From: Bdellovibrio sp.
GTDB lineage: Bacteria > Bdellovibrionota > Bdellovibrionia > Bdellovibrionales > Bdellovibrionaceae
Length of the DNA: 64,000 nucleotides
Assembly: GCA_036676395.1 (NCBI GenBank)
Contig: JAKFCY010000002.1
Location: forward strand, 1,280,001 to 1,344,000
Direction of reading: 5' to 3'
Under the pieces are notes generated by a model. The model searched no databases and was not told the DNA's origin. It worked only from the letters and a program-made list of their open reading frames with translations. A program made the position numbers and the translations under genes. This document shows, one piece after another, positions 29,054-38,486 of this stretch (positions are counted from its first letter, which is position 1; each line of letters opens with the position of its first letter).

Positions 29054-30241
29054 TTATTTAACCTTTTCTAATAAGTAAGCTCTGCGCTCATCGATTTGTT
29101 TTTTGCGTTTTAAAAATAAATTTTGAATTTCTGCTTTTGTGTATGGAATATTCTTGCGGCTAACATCCTGAGATCCCATTTGCAAAATTTCAGGGTTGGT
29201 TAAGTACTCAGAAATTTCGCTATGTAACTGAGTTAATAATTTATCAGTCGTGCTTTGATTTAGGCGGTTTACTAACAGGTCAAACATTGTAAATTTAAAT
29301 TGCGAATACATATAGACATTGCTCGGTGAAAAAGCGCGGTCTAAACGATCTTCGTAGCTATACAAGATAGAATCTTTATTTTCTGGTTTGGCCGCTTCGG
29401 TTGCATTGGTTGTTACCCCATGCATTGGTTTAAATAAGTCATCAAAATCCCAAGGTACTACGCGAAAGTAGATTTTACCTTGTTTGTACATATCGCCATC
29501 AACATAGAAAAAAATCTCATCTGGATAATCACCGTTGGTATAAAGTGAATTCATCGCCATCCAACGCATGTAAGCATCTATATCCATTTTTTGTTTTAGA
29601 CTATTTAAAAGAGGGGCGTCTTTTTTTGTCGCTACATCTGTATAAATTGAATCTGCAACAGCTTTAATTTCTGCCACTTGCTCTGGTGTTAATTTTTTAG
29701 AGATATCAGCATCGTCATGAAATAAACGCGATTTATACCCGCGGCGCACAACATAAGGGCTGTTCGCTGATATTGCCGCTTTTGGTTTTTCAACAACGGC
29801 ATATAGGCCGTTGGTTTTGCCGTTAATTTTTACTTCAACATATTCAGTAGGTAATGGAGTTCCGATATTTAATAATTCGGCAGTCATGATTCCTAAGCGA
29901 GACGAAATGTAGCCCGGATCTGCTGACATACTTAATAAGTTGATTTTTTTGGCTTCAAGGCGGCCCAGTTGAATTTTTTGCGTTAGTTTTAATCCGAAGT
30001 TTTTACGACGGTAACCAAGCGAGCCTTGGCCGCGTGTTTCCATTTCTTCGGCAAGAATCGGAATTTCTCTGTTTAATTTAAACTGAGTTTGAGCAAAAAT
30101 GTATTTTTCTGCATTGCCTTTGTAAAGAGCCAGATCATTCGAATTTACAGAAAGTTCAATAACGTTGTAAGCAAAGGCTGACGACACAAAAGTAATCTGC
30201 GCTAAAGCGATTAAAATGCCTTTTTTAAAACCCTGTGTCAT
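29054..30241 (-). CDS. CotH kinase-family secreted protein
   Basis: Signal peptide, TRGQGS...RKNF, YVEVKING...GLY..VE, NGDY and PWDFD. Confidence 0.78.
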   Translation of the reverse strand: MTQGFKKGILIALAQITFVSSAFAYNVIELSVNSNDLALYKGNAEKYIFAQTQFKLNREIPILAEEMETRGQGSLGYRRKNFGLKLTQKIQLGRLEAKKINLLSMSADPGYISSRLGIMTAELLNIGTPLPTEYVEVKINGKTNGLYAVVEKPKAAISANSPYVVRRGYKSRLFHDDADISKKLTPEQVAEIKAVADSIYTDVATKKDAPLLNSLKQKMDIDAYMRWMAMNSLYTNGDYPDEIFFYVDGDMYKQGKIYFRVVPWDFDDLFKPMHGVTTNATEAAKPENKDSILYSYEDRLDRAFSPSNVYMYSQFKFTMFDLLVNRLNQSTTDKLLTQLHSEISEYLTNPEILQMGSQDVSRKNIPYTKAEIQNLFLKRKKQIDERRAYLLEKVK

Positions 30242-30431
30242 TGTGTCACTCCTTAAGAAAAGTTCCTCAAGGATTACAAGTGCATAGGCTGTTCCGTTTA
30301 ATGCGCATTAAGCTTACGAATAGCTATGTCAAATTAAGACGGCGCTGTTAAAGGTCATCGTAGCTGTTAGCTTTTTGACAGCTGTCTCATTTTGAGATTA
30401 TGCTAAAACCCTGTTAAAAGTGGAGTTTATT

Positions 30432-31787
30432 ATGTCTTTAGTTGTTTCAAAATTCGGTGGCACTTCAATGGGTAATGCAGAATGCATGTTACGTTCGGCA
30501 GACGTTTCGGTGCAGCAGAACTCTTATGTGATCTGTGTATCTGCAACTTCAGGTTCAACTAATCAACTCATCGCTTTAGGTCAGACTGCAGAAAAGGGTC
30601 AATCAGACCAAGTGCAAAAATTGGCTTCAGAACTTATCGCCAAACACCAACACATCGCTAAAGACTTAGGCCTGCCGCAGGATCACGCCCCACTTTCAGT
30701 GTTATTTGAAGAAATATTATCTATCGCAAAAGGCATGCAATTATTAAAAGATTGTTCTCCGCGCGCTTTAGATATTTTATTAAGTCTTGGTGAGCGTACG
30801 TCGTCAGCCTTGTTTGCGCAGGCGATGAAAGCAGCCTTGGCTAAAGCCGGTGTAAAAAAAGAAGTCATTTTATTTGATGCGCGAGAAGTGATTGTGACAG
30901 ATGACCAATTTGGTAAAGCGCGCCCGCAAATTGCAAAAATTTATGAATTAGCCCAAAAAGAAATCTTACAAAAATACCCGCAAGAAAAATACGTGATCGT
31001 CACTCAAGGTTATATCGGTAAAAGTTTATCAGGGCATTCAACAACATTAGGTCGCGGTGGCAGCGATTATTCAGCAGCGCTATTCGCTGAAGGCTTAGAT
31101 GCAACGACTTTAGAAATTTGGACAGACGTAACGGGGATTGCAACGACCGATCCGCGCATCTGTAAAGAAGCTAAATTTATTGATGAAATTTCATTTAAAG
31201 AAGCTTCAGAGATGGCGATCTTTGGCGCCAAAGTTTTGCATCCGGCCACTGTTGAACCTGCCATGCGAAAAAATATTCCAGTATTCGTAGGTTCAAGTTT
31301 TGATCCGCAGAAAAAAGGCACCTGGGTTCGTAAAGAAGTAAAACAAGCTCCTTTGATGCGCGCCCTTGCTTTAAGAAAAAATCAAAGTTTAGTCACCTTA
31401 TCAACGCCAGAGATGTTACAAACGCATGGTTTTCTGTTTAAAATTTTTAAAGTCTTCAATGATCACTCAGTTTCGATTGATGCGATCACAACCTCTGAGA
31501 TTTCAGTTTCGGTAACGATTGATGGCGAGATCCTTGCTGATTCAAAGTTAGTGCAGGATCTAAGACAATTTGCCGAAGTGCAGATCGAATGTGGTTATAG
31601 TTTAGTTTCGTTGATCGGGAATAACATTAATCACACGGCAGGCTTAGCGAAAAAAATCTTTACAGCCATCGAAGATATCAACGTCAGAATGATTTGCTTA
31701 GGCGCCAGTAAACATAACTTTTGTTTCTTGGTCGAGGGCACTCACGGTGATAAAGCCATTCAGAAATTACACAGCGAATTCATTTAG
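30432..31787 (+). CDS. lysC: Aspartate kinase (lysine-sensitive AKIII-like)
   Basis: SKFGGTS, TTLGRGGSDYSA, WTDV.GI.TTDPR, GAKVLHP and two ACT domains; SD GGAG before 30432. Confidence 0.93.
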   Translation: MSLVVSKFGGTSMGNAECMLRSADVSVQQNSYVICVSATSGSTNQLIALGQTAEKGQSDQVQKLASELIAKHQHIAKDLGLPQDHAPLSVLFEEILSIAKGMQLLKDCSPRALDILLSLGERTSSALFAQAMKAALAKAGVKKEVILFDAREVIVTDDQFGKARPQIAKIYELAQKEILQKYPQEKYVIVTQGYIGKSLSGHSTTLGRGGSDYSAALFAEGLDATTLEIWTDVTGIATTDPRICKEAKFIDEISFKEASEMAIFGAKVLHPATVEPAMRKNIPVFVGSSFDPQKKGTWVRKEVKQAPLMRALALRKNQSLVTLSTPEMLQTHGFLFKIFKVFNDHSVSIDAITTSEISVSVTIDGEILADSKLVQDLRQFAEVQIECGYSLVSLIGNNINHTAGLAKKIFTAIEDINVRMICLGASKHNFCFLVEGTHGDKAIQKLHSEFI

Positions 31788-32169
31788 TAATTCATTCGTA
31801 GTGGATGATGCGATCGCTTATTTGACCGCGTTGCTCAGGCCAACCGCAGAATATTGAATCAACCTTTGTTTGAAAAAACGCTTCGTGTTAAAAATAATTT
31901 TGCATATATCTTAAGCTAATCCATAAGTTTTGTTTATGCTAGAGAACACTTCTCATTATCTTTCGTGATGAAACCCAATTATTTTGCATTAGGTGCCAAC
32001 TTGGAACTCGCTTGCAATTTCAGATCATTTCACTTTTTCATTATTACGTAACCCAGTGATTTTTTTGTCAAAAATTATTTTTGCCACTAGTTCCATTTTG
32101 GGTTTCAATTATGAGCAATCAGGATCTAAGTCCAGTAAACAAACATTATCCACCACGGAAAGAGGGATT

Positions 32170-33828
32170 ATGAAAATCATCATGAAATCAGTTGTCGCAT
32201 TAGTAGCCACAGTTGCAATGTGCAACGTAGCTTCAGCGAAGGATCGCTATCTTGTTATCTACAAAAGCCAACAAGGTTACGCAGCAATGAATCAATATAT
32301 GTTAACAGAAGGTGTTTCTTCATTAAAAGTTGAAGACTCTTTAGTTCACGTTAACGGTCAAGTTTTAGAAACTTCAAACGTTAACGCGATTAACGCTTTA
32401 AGAAATCACCCTGAAGTAGAAGTTATCGAAGCTGAAACTTTCAGACCATCTCCTAAACCAGTTCATGGTTTTAAATTAGTTAAAGCTGCTAAAACTTGGA
32501 ACCAAGATTTAGAAGTTTCTGACAACGCTGATATCGATGCACAAGTTCCTCATTTAAATGAAGGTGTGTCTACTCCATGGGGTATCATGGCGGTTAATGC
32601 TGGTAACGCGTGGGCGACTGCAAGCGCAGGTATGAATGCACGTGTATTAGTATTAGATACTGGTATTGACCCAAATCACCCAGCATTAAAAAAGAACTTT
32701 GAAAAAGGCCGTAACTTTTTTCAATCATTTGATGGACCAAATCCAGAAGATTTCATCGATAAAGAAGGTCACGGAACTCACTGTGCCGGAACAATCGCTG
32801 CTTCTTACAATGAAGCTACAGGCTTCACTGGTGTTGCTCCGCTTGCTAAAATCTTAATGGGCCGCGTGTGCGGTGAATTAGGTTGTTCTAATATCGCAGT
32901 TGCTCAAGGTATCAACTGGGGTGTTGAGCAAAAAGTTGATGTGATCTCTATGTCATTAGGTGGTCCATCTACTTCTTCAGCTGAACGTAAAGCTGTTCAG
33001 AACGCAGAAGCAGCTGGTGTTACAGTTGTTGCCGCTTCTGGTAACGGTGGAAACGCAGCCGTTTCATTTCCAGCAGCTCTACCAACAGTAGTAGCCGTTG
33101 GTGCGGTTGACTCTTCAATCAAAAAAACTAGCTTCTCTCAATGGGGCCCAGAATTAGACATCGTGGCACCTGGTGCTGCAGTTGTATCTTCTGTACCACA
33201 AGGAACAGGCCGTGATTCAGTAACTGAAATCACTGTTGATGGCACTGCTACTTTAGTTAAATCTGCAGCGTTTTCTGGAACAAAATTATTTCCAACTGCT
33301 AAGTTAGGTGATTTAGTTCCTGCAGGTCTTGGTAAAGCAGAAGATTTCGCAAAAGTTAACGTTGCTGGTAAATTTGCATTAATCAGCCGCGGTGAAATCG
33401 CTTTCGCAGAAAAAGTAAAAAATGCATTAGCTGCTAAAGCTACCGGCGTAGTTGTTTACAACAACACAACTGGTTTAATGCAAGGTGCTTTATCTGAAGA
33501 TGGTACTGAATTAGACGTAGCTGTAGTTATGATCGAACAAACTGTTGGTCTTAAACTAGTTGAACAAATCACTGCTGGCCAAAAAGCTTCGGCTGCGATT
33601 TCAACTTCTGCTTCTGACTACGCCATGTTTGATGGAACTTCAATGGCAACTCCACACGTTGCTGGTGTTGTAGCTCTTATCAAATCGGCTAACAAAAAAT
33701 TAACTCCTGCCCAAGTTAGAACAATCTTAGGTGCGACTGCTTTAGCATTAGGACCTAACGATGCTAACCAATACGGTAAAGGTTTAGTACAAGCTGATAA
33801 AGCTGTGAAAATGGCTGTTGGCCAATAA
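32170..33828 (+). CDS. Secreted S8 subtilisin-like protease with PA domain
   Basis: VLDTG, GHGTHCAG, AASGN, GTSMATPHVAG and PA insert; SD GAGGGA before ATG 32170 (ORF track start 31993 is probably too long). Confidence 0.93.
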   Translation: MKIIMKSVVALVATVAMCNVASAKDRYLVIYKSQQGYAAMNQYMLTEGVSSLKVEDSLVHVNGQVLETSNVNAINALRNHPEVEVIEAETFRPSPKPVHGFKLVKAAKTWNQDLEVSDNADIDAQVPHLNEGVSTPWGIMAVNAGNAWATASAGMNARVLVLDTGIDPNHPALKKNFEKGRNFFQSFDGPNPEDFIDKEGHGTHCAGTIAASYNEATGFTGVAPLAKILMGRVCGELGCSNIAVAQGINWGVEQKVDVISMSLGGPSTSSAERKAVQNAEAAGVTVVAASGNGGNAAVSFPAALPTVVAVGAVDSSIKKTSFSQWGPELDIVAPGAAVVSSVPQGTGRDSVTEITVDGTATLVKSAAFSGTKLFPTAKLGDLVPAGLGKAEDFAKVNVAGKFALISRGEIAFAEKVKNALAAKATGVVVYNNTTGLMQGALSEDGTELDVAVVMIEQTVGLKLVEQITAGQKASAAISTSASDYAMFDGTSMATPHVAGVVALIKSANKKLTPAQVRTILGATALALGPNDANQYGKGLVQADKAVKMAVGQ

Positions 33829-33885
33829 GACTACCCAAATTTAGGGTAGTTCATGGATGAATAACTCTTTCTAGATATAAAACTT

Positions 33886-33922
33886 AAAAACCCAAAGCGC
33901 GATAAACGCTTTGGGTTTTTTT
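33886..33922. terminator. Bidirectional intrinsic terminator
   Basis: AAAAACCCAAAGCG-loop-CGCTTTGGGTTTTTTT. Confidence 0.85.
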
Positions 33923-33944
33923 ATTTGTTTTTGTATAGAACTAC

Positions 33945-34343
33945 TTATTTATATTGGGCTGGAAACGATGAGCGAAGCACAAGCTGCGTTTCTCCATGAG
34001 TTGTCATTACGTTACCTTGATCGTTCATAGAACAAGGAACTTCCCAAGATCCTAAATCGTCATTTGGGTCGTCGTAAATTAAATTTCCTGAAGAGGTAAT
34101 TCCTAAAAGATTATTTTCTAAAGCATACTCACTATTTTCATAATTGATCTTGCCGGTAACTTTTCCATGCGTGTAATTCACTGAAACAACCAATACATCG
34201 CCTTCTTCGCCCACATGCTTCCACGTGGTATTCATGGCTTCACCTTTAGGCGAGTTGCCGACGTTTTCAGTCGTGCATTTTTTTGCGTGAGCTAAAGTTG
34301 AAAGTAATAAGATCGACACTAATGTAATGATTTGTTTTTTCAT
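33945..34343 (-). CDS. Small secreted hypothetical protein
   Basis: Signal peptide MKKQIITLVSILLLSTLAHA from ATG 34343. Confidence 0.65.
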   Translation of the reverse strand: MKKQIITLVSILLLSTLAHAKKCTTENVGNSPKGEAMNTTWKHVGEEGDVLVVSVNYTHGKVTGKINYENSEYALENNLLGITSSGNLIYDDPNDDLGSWEVPCSMNDQGNVMTTHGETQLVLRSSFPAQYK

Positions 34344-34355
34344 ATAGCTTTGAAT

Positions 34356-34372
34356 TGCAGCCGGCGTACCAA
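34356..34372 (-). promoter_or_regulatory. Putative sigma54 -24/-12 promoter
   Basis: TTGGTACGCCGGCTGCA (GG-N10-GC), with 13 nt between the GC and the ATG. Confidence 0.6.
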
Positions 34373-34469
34373 CTGCAATTCGGCTCAGAATCAAATAAAT
34401 AACAACCTAGCTGTCCAAGAAAATTTGAGTGACGAAAATTGAATTACAGCCGTCTCACTTCGAGATTTG

Positions 34470-34522
34470 GGTAGGCCGTCCCTTTTTCGGATGCAGTGCT
34501 CCCGAAAAAGGGACGGCCTACC
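34470..34522. repeat. Perfect 21-bp GC-rich inverted repeat
   Basis: GGTAGGCCGTCCCTTTTTCGG-N11-CCGAAAAAGGGACGGCCTACC. Confidence 0.85.
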
Positions 34523-34524
34523 TT

Positions 34525-35130
34525 TTAAAGCATGATTGATAAAGTGAATGATAAATCTGTTGAATCGATTTTGTCGAAATGATCATCAACTTCTTTGCTT
34601 GAAGTGTAATTGGCACCTTCAATTTCTTTGAATTGATTGATGTTGTACTGAACGCCCAAACCCACAAAGCGAAACGGGAAGAACATGACTCCAGCAGTAT
34701 AGGTGTGACCTGATAAGGTAAATCCTTGAAGGCTGCCTTCATCTTCGAATTTTAATTTATTAAGAGGCGAGTAGCCTAAATATATTTTCATCGCGTTCAT
34801 CGCGCTGACGCCAACTTGAAAGCCTGCAATCGTGTGCGTGAATTTAGGTTTGTCTATTTCATTACCTTCGATTTTGGCTTTGCCTGATATTTGCTCGCCG
34901 GCTAAAAGTAAACTAACTCCTGCAGCCGAAGTTACCCCAAGTTTTAGACTGGCTACGGGGCCCGTCATTGAATATTTTGTTAAAGCTTGTGATAGGTCAG
35001 TCAGTTTTAAAGTTTCTTCTTTATAACCGATTCCTGGTTCGATAATGAATGCGCCTGCGGCTTTTGCTTTTGATGTAATTCCTGATGTCGTCACTAGCAA
35101 AACTAAAGATAAGATCGCCTTTTTGTTCAT
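34525..35130 (-). CDS. Small outer-membrane beta-barrel protein
   Basis: Signal peptide, amphipathic strands (IEPGIGY, FQVGV, LGVQY), terminal FTLSIML. Confidence 0.65.
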   Translation of the reverse strand: MNKKAILSLVLLVTTSGITSKAKAAGAFIIEPGIGYKEETLKLTDLSQALTKYSMTGPVASLKLGVTSAAGVSLLLAGEQISGKAKIEGNEIDKPKFTHTIAGFQVGVSAMNAMKIYLGYSPLNKLKFEDEGSLQGFTLSGHTYTAGVMFFPFRFVGLGVQYNINQFKEIEGANYTSSKEVDDHFDKIDSTDLSFTLSIML

Positions 35131-35243
35131 AGGATATTGTTCCTTGTTTTGGTTGTGGTTTTAATTCATTTTAAGCCATTTTTTAGAATGAAATGAGCAA
35201 TAAATTGCGTCTTTCCTATATCTTAGACTATAGTCGAAAGCCT

Positions 35244-35735
35244 ATGTCATATGTAGCTGAAAAATTGAACTATCAAAACAAAACTGAATTTTATCAAAAA
35301 TTGAACGAAGAACTAAAATACAATTTGGATAAACATTGGTTCACAAATCTATCGCAATTTTCAGCTTTAGTGTTTGATCAATTGCCGGATGTAAATTGGG
35401 TGGGATTTTACCTAAATGTCTCTAACGAGCTGATTCTAGGCCCTTTTCAGGGAAAACCTGCTTGCATGAAAATCAATTTCGGCCGCGGTGTATGTGGCAC
35501 TTCAGCGCAAAAGCGCGAAGCGATTTTAGTTGATGATGTCGAAGCCTTTCCTGGCCACATTGCCTGTGATTCGGCGTCGCGTTCTGAAATTGTAATCCCG
35601 TTAATTCAAAATGATGCGGTTTTAGGGGTGCTGGATGTGGATTCGCCCAGCTTAAAGCGCTTCACGCAAGACGATGTAACTGGACTAAAGTTTCTGGTTG
35701 ATACACTGCTAAATACGACGACAATTAGACTCTAG
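35244..35735 (+). CDS. msrC: Free methionine-R-sulfoxide reductase (GAF domain)
   Basis: NWVGFY, LGPFQGKPAC, GRGVCG, FPGHIACD.ASRSEIV.P, GVLDVDS. Confidence 0.9.
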   Translation: MSYVAEKLNYQNKTEFYQKLNEELKYNLDKHWFTNLSQFSALVFDQLPDVNWVGFYLNVSNELILGPFQGKPACMKINFGRGVCGTSAQKREAILVDDVEAFPGHIACDSASRSEIVIPLIQNDAVLGVLDVDSPSLKRFTQDDVTGLKFLVDTLLNTTTIRL

Positions 35736-35760
35736 TCTAGAGCATAATAGGCATGCTTTT

Positions 35761-35768
35761 GCCGATAA
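35761..35768 (+). promoter_or_regulatory. FliA-type -10 box
   Basis: GCCGATAA 6 nt before ATG 35775; no clear -35 box. Confidence 0.45.
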
Positions 35769-35774
35769 GAAAGC

Positions 35775-38486
35775 ATGTCAACAGCATTAAAAACACAAGT
35801 CAAAAAAAGCGATTACTTATCTGAATTACGTTCGATGTATCATTCACTGGATACTGAAGAAAGATTCAAATCGATTCATCAATTAGCGCAAGAAAAAAAT
35901 TCTGATTCTACGCGCGAATTGATTCATATTTTTAATGAATGCGGCTGGCGCGAAACCAAGTTCCAAATCTTAAAATCAATCGTCGCAAATCCTGATCTGC
36001 GTTGTTTAGAGTTCTTATGTGCGCAAGCCCAACAAACTGAAGACATTCCGTTAGCCGAAGCAGCACTTCAAGCCCTGGGCGATACGAAAAGTATCTGGGC
36101 TGCAAGATTTCTATCTGAGTTTTATAAATTCGCACCTGAAACATTAAAACCAGCCTGTGCGCTAGCATTAGGTAAATTATCTGATCGCAGGTTATTGCCA
36201 GAATTTTTACATGATTTAGATAGAGCTTTTAAATTACAGCAGACATTGTTAGTAAAACATTTGGTGTTAGCGCTGGGTGAATTAAAAGCTCAGGCGGCAA
36301 TTCCTATGCTTGTAACTATTGCTAAGAACAAAAACTTTCGCGATGTGGCGCTAAGTGCTGTAGTCAGTCTTGGCAAAATCGCTAAAGACACAAAAGTTTT
36401 TAACGAGCTAGAAACATATTTTAAAAATGATTCTTTCGAGTATCAAATTTTTAATGCCGCGAAAAGCCAATGCCAATTTAGATCTGACTGGAAATTAGAA
36501 GATTATTTAAATAAAATCATCACTCAAGGCTCATTTCATCCAGCCTTGTTGTTAGAATTTAATTCATTTCCGGTAACGGATGTAAAAGCAGCTCTTGATA
36601 TGTTAGCTGAAGATGAATTAAGCCCTACATTATTTCAAATATTAGCTAAGATTGAGTTTCCAGAAGTTGTTGGTTGGTATAAAGAATACAGCCACTTGGT
36701 GAACGAAAATAACCAAGAAGAATTTTTATTAAGCTTAAGTTCACATTCAAAAACTGATTTATTGCAAGTTTTAGAAAAGTATTCAGATATTAAAAATAAA
36801 TACTTTATCAAAGCGCATTTATTAAATTCGGCAAATCCTGAACCAGAACTTAAAAAATTCATTTTATCTGATGATTTTAAAAATGTTTCAGAAACAGAGC
36901 AGATTCAGATTTTAAATGATTTTTATTATTACTTATTAGCTTATAAGCCGAATGAAAAATTATATAACCAATGCTTAAAAACTTTAGAAGGCTTTGCGAT
37001 TGATGGCAAAAGTTTAAAACCAAAAGCTTTAGGCCGTATGATTCGGCTGTTTGGCCAATTAGGGTATTCAAGCCCTAAATTAAACCAATTTGTTTTTACC
37101 AAACACACTGATCAGCGTAAAAGCTGCTTAGTGTATTTCGAAGCTCAGGCGCAAAGCTATTTTTGGGCTGAAGCCGTACAGTCTCCGGTATTTACAAAAA
37201 ATCCGGATTTTGAAGAAGACGACATTAATGCCGTTTTGAAAATCTTAATCAACGGTAAAGAAAATCCATTCACTGAAAGCAAATGGACTGATTTTTTAAA
37301 AACTGCTGCCGCTGATAAATCAGAAAGCACGCAAATCTGGTTTTTAAAACTGATCGCTCAGTTTAAGCCTGTGGCGTACAAAGAGCATTTGTTAAAGTTA
37401 GCTAAAAGCCAAAACTATATCGTACAGTTTCACGTGATTATCGCTCTTAAAAGCTTTGGCGATGAAACCTTATCTGATCAAATCGCGGTATTTTTAAGTT
37501 CTCAATCAAAATCGATTTCAGGTCGTGCGCTAGATGCGATGTTAAGTTTACCGGGTAATCGCGCTAAACGCTTAGTGTTTGAGTATTTCAGTGAACATTA
37601 TGCAACACCTGGTGTGGTTGAAAAAATCGTTAGATCATTTAAACCACCAGAAAATGACACAGATTATTTTGTCGTTCAGTCAGCAAAGATCGTGGCTCAC
37701 TTAGAGCAAAGTGAACCAGATTTTCAGGCATTGCCAATGCTGCGTGAATTTAAAGATCAATTAGCCGTTCATCAAAAAAGTTTTTCGAAGCTAAAATCGA
37801 CACCAACTGATGCAGATATCTTAGCGATTGATTATGAAATCGAAAAAATGATTCCGTCTTATAAGCACTTTGATGAGGCTTCTAAAGCGGCATTACGTTC
37901 TGCTGAAGTGGTGTTTAAACATCCAGAGCTATTTGATGCCTTCGTTGATAAATCAAGTGTGGTGATGGGTTATAGTAAAGCGATTGATATCGTTTTAGAA
38001 AAACAATTAGGCCGTAAGATTTTATTTCCGAAATTAGAAGCGAAATTGAATGAATTTCAAAATGTGGTGCATTCGTTAACGTTAAACGAAGACTATCCAC
38101 AAGGCGAAAAAGTTTTAAAACTTTTACATCTTGAAAAGCATTTTTCAGTGCAGTCATTGCCAGTGCATAAAATGGGATTAGTTTCTCAGGGCATTATGAA
38201 TTCTAAAATCATCAACGAGCATTTCAAAATCTTAGATGGATTACGTGCCTGGGCCGTCATGCTATTAGTGTTTGCCAGAAAGTCTTCAGCTTTAACTAAG
38301 CCACTAATTTCTGTGGTTGATGATGAGCAAAGCTGTATTTTATTAGCAAAAAAACTAATGTGGCTTCAAGACGTTAGAAATCCGATCGCGCACAGACAAA
38401 CTGTGGTCGAACACAAAGATGTGGAACAGATCCGCGAAGAAGTGTTCCAGATTTTAAAGTTAATGAATAAGTTACTATTTTATTAA
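35775..38486 (+). CDS. HEAT/alpha-solenoid repeat protein with C-terminal HEPN-like domain
   Basis: A..ALG.L HEAT repeats in the N-half; RNPIAH motif near the C-terminus. Confidence 0.65.
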   Translation: MSTALKTQVKKSDYLSELRSMYHSLDTEERFKSIHQLAQEKNSDSTRELIHIFNECGWRETKFQILKSIVANPDLRCLEFLCAQAQQTEDIPLAEAALQALGDTKSIWAARFLSEFYKFAPETLKPACALALGKLSDRRLLPEFLHDLDRAFKLQQTLLVKHLVLALGELKAQAAIPMLVTIAKNKNFRDVALSAVVSLGKIAKDTKVFNELETYFKNDSFEYQIFNAAKSQCQFRSDWKLEDYLNKIITQGSFHPALLLEFNSFPVTDVKAALDMLAEDELSPTLFQILAKIEFPEVVGWYKEYSHLVNENNQEEFLLSLSSHSKTDLLQVLEKYSDIKNKYFIKAHLLNSANPEPELKKFILSDDFKNVSETEQIQILNDFYYYLLAYKPNEKLYNQCLKTLEGFAIDGKSLKPKALGRMIRLFGQLGYSSPKLNQFVFTKHTDQRKSCLVYFEAQAQSYFWAEAVQSPVFTKNPDFEEDDINAVLKILINGKENPFTESKWTDFLKTAAADKSESTQIWFLKLIAQFKPVAYKEHLLKLAKSQNYIVQFHVIIALKSFGDETLSDQIAVFLSSQSKSISGRALDAMLSLPGNRAKRLVFEYFSEHYATPGVVEKIVRSFKPPENDTDYFVVQSAKIVAHLEQSEPDFQALPMLREFKDQLAVHQKSFSKLKSTPTDADILAIDYEIEKMIPSYKHFDEASKAALRSAEVVFKHPELFDAFVDKSSVVMGYSKAIDIVLEKQLGRKILFPKLEAKLNEFQNVVHSLTLNEDYPQGEKVLKLLHLEKHFSVQSLPVHKMGLVSQGIMNSKIINEHFKILDGLRAWAVMLLVFARKSSALTKPLISVVDDEQSCILLAKKLMWLQDVRNPIAHRQTVVEHKDVEQIREEVFQILKLMNKLLFY

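Noticed and set aside
30242..30431. Lysine riboswitch upstream of lysC
   Set aside because: Short divergent spacer with no recognisable L-box core or terminator.
33829..33865. Single TTCA-TGGA-TGAA hairpin after the subtilase stop as a CsrA site
   Set aside because: One isolated GGA loop in a 3' UTR is too weak to call.
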